Positions 10,351 to 20,553 of a DNA stretch of 64,000 bases are shown here, one piece after another. Below the pieces are notes generated by a model, which searched no databases, was not told the origin of the DNA, and was given only the letters and a program-made list of their open reading frames with translations. Each line of letters begins with the position of its first letter. Positions within the stretch are counted from its first letter, which is position 1. A program made the translations under genes and the position numbers. Source of the stretch: an uncultured Thermococci archaeon (GTDB lineage: Archaea > Methanobacteriota_B > Thermococci > Methanofastidiosales > B48-G16); the NCBI GenBank assembly GCA_964595645.1, contig CAZQQT010000006.1:64001-128000 (forward strand), read 5' to 3'.

Positions 10351-11115
10351 ATGTTAGAGGAATGTATAAGCAAGGAGAGAGCGGAAGATCTTAGGAAACA
10401 GCATTCTGAATTATTAAAAGATATAAGAGATAAGGGAATGGAGGTGTTAAAGTCAATAAAAGAAGGAGAGAGGGATGAAGACGACTGGATAATTGTGGCG
10501 GAAGAATTGAGGAAAAAACTAATCGAATTCTATTCCCGGGTTATCAACGAGATCCCCGAACTTAAAACAAAAGGAGACAAGATAGATTTCCTTAAAAAGC
10601 TCTTTTCCCCAGCAGATCAGAGATCGCCCTGGGGAATAGATATAGAATATGCAATGTGTAAGGCTATCGGTTGTAGTTGGGGATATTTCAGGCGTAGAAA
10701 TGGAGAAGTAACCTCAAAGCGAAGGAAAAAAGTATTCAAACGTGATAAAAACAAGTGCGTTCGTTGCGGATCCAAAAAAAATCTTGCGGTTCATCATATT
10801 ATTCCTGTTCGCTCCTCGAAAGAAGGCGGTACAGAGGAAATAGACAATCTTGTCACGTTATGTAAAAAGTGTCATTTGGAGATGCACGGAGGGGACTATG
10901 GAGGAGATGTTCCCTATCGTGACACGGATGATTTTTGGGTACGCATTATTCAGGATAGCATGGAGTGTGTGGGTAAAAGGATAGCAAAAAGACTTTATCA
11001 GCATTTTGGGGACATAGAATCTATTAAAAAAGCTAGCACAAATGATTTAAAAGGAATTAAGGGAGTGTCAGAAAAAAGAGCTAGATTGATACATAGACAA
11101 CGAGAAAAACTATAG
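10351..11115 (+). CDS. HNH endonuclease with C-terminal helix-hairpin-helix domain
   Basis: VFKRD..CVRCG..VHHIIP..GG..NLVTLCKKCH, then VGKRIAKRL..HFG..IKGVSEKRA. Confidence 0.8.
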   Translation: MLEECISKERAEDLRKQHSELLKDIRDKGMEVLKSIKEGERDEDDWIIVAEELRKKLIEFYSRVINEIPELKTKGDKIDFLKKLFSPADQRSPWGIDIEYAMCKAIGCSWGYFRRRNGEVTSKRRKKVFKRDKNKCVRCGSKKNLAVHHIIPVRSSKEGGTEEIDNLVTLCKKCHLEMHGGDYGGDVPYRDTDDFWVRIIQDSMECVGKRIAKRLYQHFGDIESIKKASTNDLKGIKGVSEKRARLIHRQREKL

Positions 11116-11303
11116 CAATGCAGATATGTCATGCGAAGGTAGATTTTCAGAACGTCGAGGTGAGAAGACAAGAATCAACAACTATCAGAAAAAAGACAAT
11201 AGAACTCTATAAAGAGCTTGGGAGTATCAGTGCGATGCATAGAAAGATGAAGGGGATAAGTTACGGATCAGTGTATGGAATTATTAGGGGTTAGGAAAAG
11301 AGT

Positions 11304-12043
11304 TCAATCTCTTAGCAGAAATCCTATCTCATGTTCCAACATTTCTTCATTAAATTCTTCTTCATTAAAGAATTTTTTATAAATATTTTTTAAATTATGA
11401 AAAAACTTGTTTATTTCTACTATATCATTTATAATTGATTGAGAAGCCTCAGATTTAATATTGCTATCTTCCTCTTTGTATATATCGAGCAATATGTCAT
11501 ATTCAGATCCTATATTCTTTAATTTCGTATAAATTTGAATAAAAATTTTTGTTTCATTTTCTCCTAATGCCTCAAAATGCTCCATAAACTTTTTGTAAGC
11601 CGTATCTTCAGGAACTTTTACTTTTGCTCTATGTTTAAACAATTTTTGCAAATCGGTATCTCCAGGAAGAATCCCTCGTGGCCTTAGAGGATATTGGTCT
11701 ATGATCTCCCCTCTTTGTTCTGCTTTCTGACGAAAATATTCCTCATTTTCTCTTCTTCTTTCTTCCTCAATGTCTTTCTCAACACTTATTATGTAAGTAT
11801 AGGCGTATTCTCTTATACGAAGAAGAGTTTTAATATTTATATTTATTTCTTCGATAATTATTCTCCTTATTGCCATTTTCTTGTTCTTTAATCTTTTTTC
11901 TTCTCTTCTTATTCTATTTTTTTATTTTTTTCAATTTTTTCTGTATCTTTTCTGGATTTTCTTGATTCCAAAACTATGAACAAAGTAAATACTACATATA
12001 CTGCAGTAACAGTAATTGATATCCACTGAGGATTTAAACTCAT
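11304..12043 (-). pseudogene. Hypothetical protein with disrupted N-terminal TM segment
   Basis: ORF 11304-11876. An upstream ATG at 12043 encodes a TM helix (WISITVTAVYVVFTLFIV) followed by stops. Confidence 0.45.
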
Positions 12044-12189
12044 ACTTAATAGTTCAATTTCTTGATATAAAAATGCCTTCTATCAAAAAAAGAACTCCTC
12101 AAAATCCACTTCATATTACTGAAAAACAACCTATCAATGATCAGACGTTTTTGGTTCGGTATTAGAATCTTTAAGCAAATTTAATATTC

Positions 12190-13272
12190 TCACTGAAGCT
12201 TGTTTTTTAAACCAGACCATAACAAAAACACTAAAAAAAGAAACGCAAGGAAACGAATCCAACGGAGACTAGTACAAAAAATTGTTGTGGGCTCTGTGGG
12301 GTCTTGCTCCACAAAATATAATATGCTTGTGTCGAGAATGATAATTAGAACTGTTAAAATTGAAACATATTTTAGATGCTTTTTTATATATTCTCCAATT
12401 TTCATTGAAATTGATTTTATATCTCTTTTTATAAAATACCAAAATAGAAACTTTGGCTCTTTTTTATTTTTTGTTTGTCGATACCCTAAAAAGAGACATA
12501 CTGAGTACACCACAAGGCAGATACCAGGAACAATAAATAGAATATACAATACATTTTTCTCAAGAGTTGTAGCTTCTAAGGATTTTATATGCACCAAATA
12601 TCCAGCACCCAAAAAAAGGGACCCTACAAAGAGAAATACAGCAGAAAGATAAAAATTTGATGTGATGTTGCGAATTCTTTTTTTTGACAGTGCGTGTGAA
12701 CAATCCTCTTCATTATAGATTTCTTCTTCGATTCCTTTCTTAGAATAAGTATATTCTATAAGCAAATTCTTATATTTGGATGTTTTTAGTAAACTATTTG
12801 CAAAGGTTTTATTGAGAAATTTAGGTACTACGAGAATTATAAAAAACCAAAGAGGGGCAAATAGGGCAAATAAGTCTTTTTTTGGAATATCTTCTAGAGC
12901 AGTTAGTAAAAAAGTGGAGCCGAATAAGAAGATAAAAGATATCACGCCGGTGAAAACTCCATGAACTGAGATGTACCTCCACATGTTATCCTCAAAAATA
13001 ACTGCATAAAATCTCATGATCGTAAATAATACTACAATCACAGTGGAAGTCATAATAAGAAATTTTATTGTGTTTCGAAAATCTTCTCCTTGGTTAGATT
13101 CTACGGTAGCATTAACATCTATCTTATCTTCCTTTTTAACATTATATTGGGATGAAGGGAGATAAATAAATGACAATAGAAGAATTAAAAGCGAAAGTAG
13201 AGCTGTAAAATATATTAGATCTTCATGTCGCAAATCTCTATTTCGTCTTTCTTCCTCTCCTTCACTTCTCAT
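12190..13272 (-). CDS. Hypothetical polytopic membrane protein
   Basis: About 8 hydrophobic segments; ATG at 13272 lies downstream of a TTTATA box. Confidence 0.6.
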   Translation of the reverse strand: MRSEGEEERRNRDLRHEDLIYFTALLSLLILLLSFIYLPSSQYNVKKEDKIDVNATVESNQGEDFRNTIKFLIMTSTVIVVLFTIMRFYAVIFEDNMWRYISVHGVFTGVISFIFLFGSTFLLTALEDIPKKDLFALFAPLWFFIILVVPKFLNKTFANSLLKTSKYKNLLIEYTYSKKGIEEEIYNEEDCSHALSKKRIRNITSNFYLSAVFLFVGSLFLGAGYLVHIKSLEATTLEKNVLYILFIVPGICLVVYSVCLFLGYRQTKNKKEPKFLFWYFIKRDIKSISMKIGEYIKKHLKYVSILTVLIIILDTSILYFVEQDPTEPTTIFCTSLRWIRFLAFLFLVFLLWSGLKNKLQ

Positions 13273-13554
13273 TAGAATATTGTTCCCTTTTTTATATAAA
13301 AACTTTATCACCAAAATGCCTCTAAACAAAGATAAAATTCTTTAAATTTTATAAATCAAGCACGAATTCTAATCTTTATTTGTCCAAAGACTTCTTTATA
13401 GATTTTTTTATTCCCGACCCATATTAATCCTTATACGAAGAAAATATTCCACATAACGTATGTATGGGGTATCACGGAGATGAGAATTTCCATGATTTTA
13501 AGATATTTTAGGAATAGGTGTTATGCTTAAAATAAATGAGACAATCTAAAGTAG

Positions 13555-14335
13555 ATTTTTGGTGATTTTCGCATGTTTAACTTGAGTATTCTTTTTTATA
13601 AAGCTCAAGTAGTTTGTTTTTCATGTTACAAGATTCTTTTATTTGTTCGAAAAAAATTTCCTTTACTCTCCTATACATCCATTTATAAAATTCCGTAATT
13701 AGCTCGTGATATTCGCTTATAGCTACTTTGAGATCAATCTCTCTTTCATGTTTCTCGATATATTTTTTCGAATGGGATTTCCACCCGTTCCATCTTAATA
13801 AATCCTGTTTATCCAAAGTGATCTTTTTTTGCATTGGAGAATTTCCGTTTTTAAAGAAAAGAGTTGCTTGTGCGATAGGTAGTTGATAATGGAGTGTGTA
13901 ATTTCTTAAATCTCTTAAAAATTCTCCTTTTTCTTTAATTTTCCTTTTTTTTATTTCTTTTTTATATTCCCTTTTAAATTGAGAGTTATTTAAATGCTTA
14001 GAGAAATTGCGAGTATGATCGATTAAAGATTTAACACTTGCTAAATAATTATGAAGAAACCTCAAAAACTCTCTTAAGAAGAATTGACGTTTTTTTCTAT
14101 TCTCATTGTGCCATATAGTTGGATCATCTTCATAAAATTTTATAGCTTCGGAGATTTCTTTATAATTCCTGTTTAATGTATAGTGTGAAATAGCCAAATG
14201 TTTTGTCATGTTAATGATTTTAGTTCCCCTCATGTCTTCCCATTGATCGTATAGTTCATTGAATTTTTTCCTTCCCGATTCGTTCATTTAATAACATTTA
14301 GAGTTAATAATTATAAACATTTTTGGTGATTTTCG
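13555..14335. repeat. 17-bp direct repeat ATTTTTGGTGATTTTCG at 13555-13571 and 14319-14335
   Basis: Two identical copies bracket the 13577-14287 gene and its promoter. Confidence 0.7.
13577..14287 (-). CDS. HEPN-like protein (putative RNase)
   Basis: RNYTLH (R-x4-H) motif preceded by FLHNYLASVKSLIDH. Confidence 0.55.
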   Translation of the reverse strand: MNESGRKKFNELYDQWEDMRGTKIINMTKHLAISHYTLNRNYKEISEAIKFYEDDPTIWHNENRKKRQFFLREFLRFLHNYLASVKSLIDHTRNFSKHLNNSQFKREYKKEIKKRKIKEKGEFLRDLRNYTLHYQLPIAQATLFFKNGNSPMQKKITLDKQDLLRWNGWKSHSKKYIEKHEREIDLKVAISEYHELITEFYKWMYRRVKEIFFEQIKESCNMKNKLLELYKKEYSS

Positions 14336-14410
14336 TAAATTGTTTACATTTTGAAAAAAAGAGTATTTCCGATTGATAGGATGAGTGATGAGGATAAAGA
14401 CGAAAGGGTG

Positions 14411-14765
14411 AGATCTAAACATGGACGACATGGATACCACTTTTTTTTATTGTAATTTTTGCGTTAATAATCTCCATACTAAATTTAATTATACGTTTTT
14501 TGATTTTTGGGGGGGTAGGTCTAAAATAGAAATTAAGATGGTGTCCAAGAAGTTTGTAGGTCGCAATCTTCCTCCGAGAGGAGAAAAAATTTTAAAGGTA
14601 ACAGCAGTAAACAAAAGGAGAAGACCTGTTATTCTTTCTAAATTTGGAATAGAACACAAAGAAAGAGGGATACCTTTGGAAACAATTTACAATAAGAATA
14701 ACGGGCCGATAAAGGAAAGCGTGAAGAAGAACGCTCCAAAAGCAAAAGTAGTAGAAGTGGAGTAA
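14411..14765 (+). pseudogene. Frameshifted membrane-anchored hypothetical protein
   Basis: A TM helix (WIPLFFIVIFALIISILNL) is in a different frame from the soluble part (RSKIEIK..VTAVNKRRRPV); T and G homopolymers lie at the junction. Confidence 0.4.
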
Positions 14766-14810
14766 CCCTCCATTCCATTTTTTATTTTCCTTTGAAACAT
14801 TCCTTTCTCA

Positions 14811-15035
14811 TTATTCTTTTCTCACGAGCATCTCTTTCCCCTCGATATCTGTCCGCAGGACACCGATCCGTTTTCCGATATATTGCTCAACGTCAAGGGA
14901 GATAGGAGATCGCACGTAATGGTCATCGAACTCTAAGAGTGTCAGATCGTCCTCGGTGATCACTGCTCTCAACGTACCGACGTACTCATGCCAGTACCGC
15001 AACACAAGTATTTCTTTCATGGGAGATATAGGCAT
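14811..15035 (-). CDS. Small hypothetical protein, probably element backbone
   Basis: 74 aa, WHEYVG..IGKRIGVLRTD; higher GC than its neighbours; same strand as the replication operon. Confidence 0.55.
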   Translation of the reverse strand: MPISPMKEILVLRYWHEYVGTLRAVITEDDLTLLEFDDHYVRSPISLDVEQYIGKRIGVLRTDIEGKEMLVRKE

Positions 15036-15169
15036 TTGTAGTTAAAAGGGTATCCATGGAACATTCTATATCGCTGACGTTACCACACCACTAACCAGTA
15101 TACTGTAGTGGAGAAGAAAAGATATAGTTATGTCGTATAGTTTTAAATATAGTATTGAATAGATAGAGA

Positions 15170-15475
15170 GTGAAGATTATAACTGTTTTTTTCAAGTTGG
15201 GAAAAGATATTTATAGAATGAAAAGCATGTATTTTTGGTATGAAAGTGAAGAAGAGCATACGAGAAGCCTCGACAGAACTTCTCAAAAAGTAAAAAACTA
15301 TTTACCTAAAATAGAAGAGGAAGATTCTAATTATTTATTTGATATTGACATAGGGAGCAAAGATTATCCTCAACGGAGGGGAAAAGAAAATTTTGGTCAC
15401 AGACAGGGGCGTTACGAGCAGTACTGGATCTTACTAATGATAGATTTTACGAAAGATCTCTTTCGGAAAATCTAA
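15170..15475 (+). CDS. Hypothetical protein
   Basis: 101-aa ORF after a TTTAAATA box; may be a fragment. Confidence 0.35.
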   Translation: MKIITVFFKLGKDIYRMKSMYFWYESEEEHTRSLDRTSQKVKNYLPKIEEEDSNYLFDIDIGSKDYPQRRGKENFGHRQGRYEQYWILLMIDFTKDLFRKI

Positions 15476-15810
15476 GAAAAATAATAGATAAATGGAGGAG
15501 AATCATTAAAAGAGAGGATGTTGATTGATATCAAAAAATGCTCGTTTATCGAGATCGTTTTGTCAATGAAGAAAATTTTTTAAAAACTTAGCAGTTACAC
15601 ATAATATGAAATATTCTATAAAATGAAACGACTCAAAAGATGATAATTTTCATTATTTGAGTAGAATCGTACTGAAATTATAAAGGGGAAGGGTCTGCCT
15701 CCTTACCCTTTCCCATCTTCGTCTAATTAGTAGATAAAATCCGAAAGTTTATAGGGAACTGGGCCGATAAATTTAAATATTTTTTAATAAAAACGTCGTT
15801 GGCTACCCAA

Positions 15811-16038
15811 ATGATAGAAAAACCGTTTGATACGATCCACCGATCGCTGGGGGAACCAGTGATGATAACGTTAAAAAATGGAAGAGTGTTTAAGGGAACA
15901 CTAACGGGGTACGACACCCATATGAACCTCGTGCTCACCAAAGTAGAAGAGGTTGAGCATGGAGAAGTAGTACGGGAGGTAAGCTATCTCGTGATTCGGG
16001 GTGGCTGGGTGCTCTTCCTCTCCCCCAGCATAACGTGA
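15811..16038 (+). CDS. Sm-like archaeal protein (SmAP/Lsm)
   Basis: Sm1 motif V.I.LKNG..F.G.L.GYD.HMNLVL and Sm2 motif LVIRG. Alternative start TTG at 15799. Confidence 0.9.
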   Translation: MIEKPFDTIHRSLGEPVMITLKNGRVFKGTLTGYDTHMNLVLTKVEEVEHGEVVREVSYLVIRGGWVLFLSPSIT

Positions 16039-16361
16039 GGATATAAGATCACCAATAACACTCGTTCTTTTGCTGCCAGGGCGCATGATTGCATAATTCG
16101 TTCTGACGATCCATTCCTCTATAGCCTTGTTCATAACTTCTGTTCTCGGTGGTTAATGCAACACAGCAGTTAGGATCGGAATCTTTATATATTCGAGTAC
16201 TAAAGAGTAGTATTCGGAGGTAGATCTTCATCTAACTACGGAAGTATCGATCCTATTGAAAGGACTCTGGAGGCTGGATCCCTGCGAGATATTAAGGCAG
16301 GAGACGAAAAGTTCATGTTTCTCAGATAGAACTTTCTTTGTGGTTCGATAATTGAAGGTAA

Positions 16362-17735
16362 TTGTATATGCAGGTACTGATTCTAGCTGCTGGCGAGGGA
16401 TTTAGATTAAGTAAAATAGCTGGTGAATCTCCCAAATCTCTCCTCTGCGTAGCAGGCGTCCCGATAATAGAACGTATATTGAGGTCAATTAGGGAGTTGG
16501 AGATAGACAAAATTCACATCGTTCTGGGATATAATGGAGATAAAATAATTGAGAGGATTGGGAATAGTTATGAGGGGGTACACATCCAGTATATTGAAAA
16601 TCCAGAATGGAAGAAGGGAAATCTATACTCACTATTCGTTGCAAAAGAATTCCTGAAGGAAAATTTTTTACTTCTGATGTCCGATCACTTGTTTGATCCT
16701 CGCATAGTAAGACACATTACAGAACAAAAGATAGGAAGTGATGCGGTGATCCTGGCTGTTGATAAGTGCAAGGCTAAGCATGAGGATGGCAAGGTCCTGG
16801 TGGGGAACGGAAAGATCCAAGACATTGGCAAGGATTTAAAGGACTACAATTGTGTGGATACTGGGATATTTCTATGCTCTCCAAAAATATTCCACTACGC
16901 GGAAAAGGCACTGAGAAATGGTAGTAGTGAGCTTGCTGAGGGAATTAAATACGCTGCAGAGGAGGGGCAAGCAAGAACGTTTGGCATAAACTTAATACCC
17001 TTACACCTTCCGAAAATGCGTAAGGATGTAAAGCCATACTGGATCGATATAGACACACCAAAAAACCTCACGAAGGCCAAAGAGATTATAGTTGAAAGCT
17101 CAGCAAAGGAAGCCTCTGACCTATTGGCTCATTACTTTCACCGACCTATAGAAAACAGCATTGTAGGTCATCTCTCGGATACAAGGATCACGCCAAACCA
17201 AGTGACTATTCTAGTGAATATAGTCGCTTACACTGTAACTGCCTTGTTCTTCTTTGGACACTTACTAATGGCCTCGATACTAACATTTGTCGTGGGGATT
17301 ATGGATGGTCTTGACGGCAAGCTTGCGAGAGTCAAGGGGAAATCCACCAAACTCGGTACCTTGGAACACCCCTTCGACCTGCTCTATGAGTTCTTTTGGA
17401 TCGCCAGTCTGGGACTGTTCCTATCCAACACTCTGCAGAGTACAACACCAGCCACCTTGGCAATACTCTCCATAATCGTCATAGCATTCTATCGTCAGGT
17501 TTATGATCGATTTGGAAGGACAATGGGGAAAAGCCTGGATGTTTATGGAGAGTTCGAGCGAAAATTCCGGAGGATCGCTGGGAGGAGGAATCTCTACAAC
17601 ATCCATATCTTAGCGTGGATTCTTGTTGGTGCACCTCTCTACTCGTTGGTAACGATCCTACTCCACTCCGTAGTCACCTCATTTGTGTACACCATTCGCG
17701 CCGCGATTCACATGCACAAAGCCGAGAAGAAATAA
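16362..17735 (+). CDS. Bifunctional NTP-transferase / CDP-alcohol phosphotransferase (IPCT/DIPPS-like)
   Basis: ILAAGEGFRL..PK, LMSDH, WIDIDT; then ITPNQVT, DGLDGKLAR and TM helices. Confidence 0.85.
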   Translation: MYMQVLILAAGEGFRLSKIAGESPKSLLCVAGVPIIERILRSIRELEIDKIHIVLGYNGDKIIERIGNSYEGVHIQYIENPEWKKGNLYSLFVAKEFLKENFLLLMSDHLFDPRIVRHITEQKIGSDAVILAVDKCKAKHEDGKVLVGNGKIQDIGKDLKDYNCVDTGIFLCSPKIFHYAEKALRNGSSELAEGIKYAAEEGQARTFGINLIPLHLPKMRKDVKPYWIDIDTPKNLTKAKEIIVESSAKEASDLLAHYFHRPIENSIVGHLSDTRITPNQVTILVNIVAYTVTALFFFGHLLMASILTFVVGIMDGLDGKLARVKGKSTKLGTLEHPFDLLYEFFWIASLGLFLSNTLQSTTPATLAILSIIVIAFYRQVYDRFGRTMGKSLDVYGEFERKFRRIAGRRNLYNIHILAWILVGAPLYSLVTILLHSVVTSFVYTIRAAIHMHKAEKK

Positions 17736-18337
17736 ATTCTCTCCAATGTGACATACGTAAAACTCAATACAGGAAGAGGACCTCATTCTTAATCCCAAGG
17801 AGAAGAAGGAAGAGTTACCCTTAATAAACCCTCACAATCCTTGGTTGTGTCCATAACAGCCCTACCTGTGTAGGTTTCTGTTTTCAGTGATTAATGCGAC
17901 ACATTGCTTTCGCTGCAGTTCGGTTTCAACGGCGGGACTCTTACGCTTTAGATTTTAATACTGCGTGCACGAATAGTCGCATGTCTTGTACCCTGAGAAG
18001 CCGTGAGGCGTTGAACATAGGGCGATCACTTACGGGTGAGAGAATACAATCCTGGAGTGTAGAGCCAAAGGATAAGGTGGTGATCGAAAGCTTTATTAAG
18101 AATTATATCTATAAAAACATACAGATAGGGGATATTTTCTGAAACAACAAGAGGAGATATCTGTAAGAAGTGAACGGAGGGTAAGTATGCGGGGGACGGG
18201 AACTGCACACATCATTATTTACACAGAGCGTAAGTGAATAGTATCATAAAATCCTGATAATTATCACAATTCGAACAAAGAAAAAAGAATACGTGTTATA
18301 CCACTCACGAGACACGATCGATCAGAAATCACAGTAA

Positions 18338-18598
18338 TTACCGCGATTTTCCACCGGAGAGACGATCCTCGTCAAGGATCCGATCCTTGAGTTCGGGCGT
18401 GAAGAGGGGGGTGGACGTCACGAACTTCGGAGAGAGCTCCGATACCTTAGGGCTCCGCCCCATGCGGTAGACGTAGAGTGGACATTGATGGAGATGACAA
18501 CGGCGGACCTCCCCCGGCGATCCGTTCGAACAGTCCAGACAGTACCGCCGGATCGCCTTCAACGGGGTCGTCCGGATCCACGATGCTTCGATTCTCAT
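18338..18598 (-). CDS. Small Cys-rich protein typical of phages and integrated elements
   Basis: TPLKAIRRYCLDCS.G...EV..C....CPLY.YRMG; start overlaps the helicase stop (ATGA). Confidence 0.75.
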   Translation of the reverse strand: MRIEASWIRTTPLKAIRRYCLDCSNGSPGEVRRCHLHQCPLYVYRMGRSPKVSELSPKFVTSTPLFTPELKDRILDEDRLSGGKSR

Positions 18599-20553
18599 GC
18601 GGTCACCCCAGCAGTATCCATCGGCTCCATTTTTATCGTCCTGTACCCTCCTCTGGCCTCCCAGATGTCTCCTCGTTCGAGTGAGAAGGGAATACCAACG
18701 CGGAGCACGAACTCCTTGGTCAGGCCTCGAGCCACAGCCTCACTGAGAATCGCGTCAAGAGGAACTCCCTCGTGCTGCGACTGCAGGTCCCCCACAACCC
18801 CGAGTAGTACCTCAAATTTCTCATGCTGGGTGAATGGAGCAGATCGCCGATCCTCCTTGGACAGGTCGGACACGGTCGGACACGACCCCTCTTGTCCAAC
18901 GGATACTCCTCCGTTTCCCCGTTGCTTCTCATTTTGGGCGTCAATGATACCGTGGGATCGGTTGGACACCGTGCTGGAGTACGAGTAGATCTCCTCGACG
19001 AGGTCATCGAGATTCTTCCCCTCGGGTATACAGCCATTCTTCCCGTGATGTGTCCAAGCTCTCGAGACATCCAACAAGAACGATTTTAGGCTCTGTTTGT
19101 CGAGAGTGATTGGATATTCCCCATTGTCCAGGGCTGTCCAAGCTGTCCAATCCTTGCCCGTTTTCCAGTAGTGCCATGGACTGGTCTTCCATTCTCCCTC
19201 TTTCTCTCGATCCACGTACCCCAGATCGTAGAGGGTGTTCAGATACCGTCCCACCGTTTTTCTCGAGACGTTCTCCTTCCTTCTGAACATGCTCTCATAC
19301 ACCTCTGTACATCCCTTGGCTCGCTCTCGTTCCATGGGCAGGAGATCCAGGATTTCCTGTTCCTTCCGGTTCAGCTTACTGGACGTCTGTGCCCCGACCA
19401 CCTTCCAGAGGTCCATGGCGATCCGGTAGTCCTCGAGGGTGGCGAACAGGACACCGTGGAGAGCGTACCGCTCACGTTGGTGGGCGATGGCAGAAGCCTT
19501 GATGAGGGTGAGGAGGAACTTCGGAATCCTCCTATCGTGCGTCGCTCGTGTGAAAATCTTCTTTAACGCTCGCTTGTATGGGATGATCACGATATACTCC
19601 CTCTCCATGAGTAGCTGGGTGACCGCCCTCGCCACCGTGTAGCTCTCCGGCAACGCTCTCTCGAGACCGCATGCGGCCCGCTCGACTGTCAGTGCGATGG
19701 CCTTTTCGTCCGTCTCTTCTTCCTCGGAGGGATTGATCACCGTAAACCTGTTCATGAACTCCTCATGTTTTGGCTGGTGTACCGCCGCACACCACACCAC
19801 GATGTAGTTTGGGATGGAGAGGTCTCTCGTCTCCCGTTGCCCATTTTTTCCTTCTCCAGTAGCCCAGTGTCGTGATTTCGAGTGGTTATTCGATGTGATG
19901 GCCATAATAACATTGATCGCCTCCAGAGAATTATTGAACTCGTCGATGAACAAGATGCTGTGTTCGAGGAGCCTCTTCCGTTCTTCTGAGAGGTAGTAAA
20001 GTGCCTTCCCCGTGATACTCGATAGAATTATCCTTTTATGAACAGGGAAGAGCTCTATCACCGTCCCCATTAAGTGGGATTTCCCCTTTCCAGAGGCCCC
20101 GGTGGCGAACACATGCTCCTGGTGGCCCCAGAGGCAGGCGGTGAGTCCGGAGAGGTAGAGGTACTTCGATCGATCCCGATCCCCCACATGGACCAGTTCG
20201 ACCTGATCGGCCATCCACTCCATCACATTCTCGTGGGCGAGGATGTGCTCTGCTTTCTGTATGGTAGAGTTCTCAAAGTACTCGGGGATTCCAAGATCCT
20301 TACAGACCTCGTAGAACGATCGTGTGTCACCTCTGTCCTCCTCGATGGAGGAAAATCGTGAGCTCAAGAAGGCTTCTAGATTGGCGCCTTCGATGGTGTA
20401 CTTCTTTTTGACCTCCTCCAGCTGTCTGAAGACAGCGGTGGGGAGTACCGCCCTGTTCTCTTTCTCGTCCGTGATAAACGTCCCGATTAGGGTTTCCCAG
20501 TACTCCCACGCTCGGTTGAGCTCCTCCTGATTGCCATCCCACTTTCCGTTCAT
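18595..20553 (-). CDS. AAA+ P-loop ATPase, putative MCM-like replicative helicase with C-terminal wHTH
   Basis: Walker A GASGKGKS, Walker B ILFIDE, MNRF, and wHTH-like SRKTVGRYLNTLYDLGYV. Confidence 0.75.
   Translation of the reverse strand: MNGKWDGNQEELNRAWEYWETLIGTFITDEKENRAVLPTAVFRQLEEVKKKYTIEGANLEAFLSSRFSSIEEDRGDTRSFYEVCKDLGIPEYFENSTIQKAEHILAHENVMEWMADQVELVHVGDRDRSKYLYLSGLTACLWGHQEHVFATGASGKGKSHLMGTVIELFPVHKRIILSSITGKALYYLSEERKRLLEHSILFIDEFNNSLEAINVIMAITSNNHSKSRHWATGEGKNGQRETRDLSIPNYIVVWCAAVHQPKHEEFMNRFTVINPSEEEETDEKAIALTVERAACGLERALPESYTVARAVTQLLMEREYIVIIPYKRALKKIFTRATHDRRIPKFLLTLIKASAIAHQRERYALHGVLFATLEDYRIAMDLWKVVGAQTSSKLNRKEQEILDLLPMERERAKGCTEVYESMFRRKENVSRKTVGRYLNTLYDLGYVDREKEGEWKTSPWHYWKTGKDWTAWTALDNGEYPITLDKQSLKSFLLDVSRAWTHHGKNGCIPEGKNLDDLVEEIYSYSSTVSNRSHGIIDAQNEKQRGNGGVSVGQEGSCPTVSDLSKEDRRSAPFTQHEKFEVLLGVVGDLQSQHEGVPLDAILSEAVARGLTKEFVLRVGIPFSLERGDIWEARGGYRTIKMEPMDTAGVTA

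Noticed and set aside
17894-18142. 82-aa ORF, or IS605-like end / structured RNA
   Set aside because: No recognisable protein motif, only short stems, and no tnpA/tnpB remnant.
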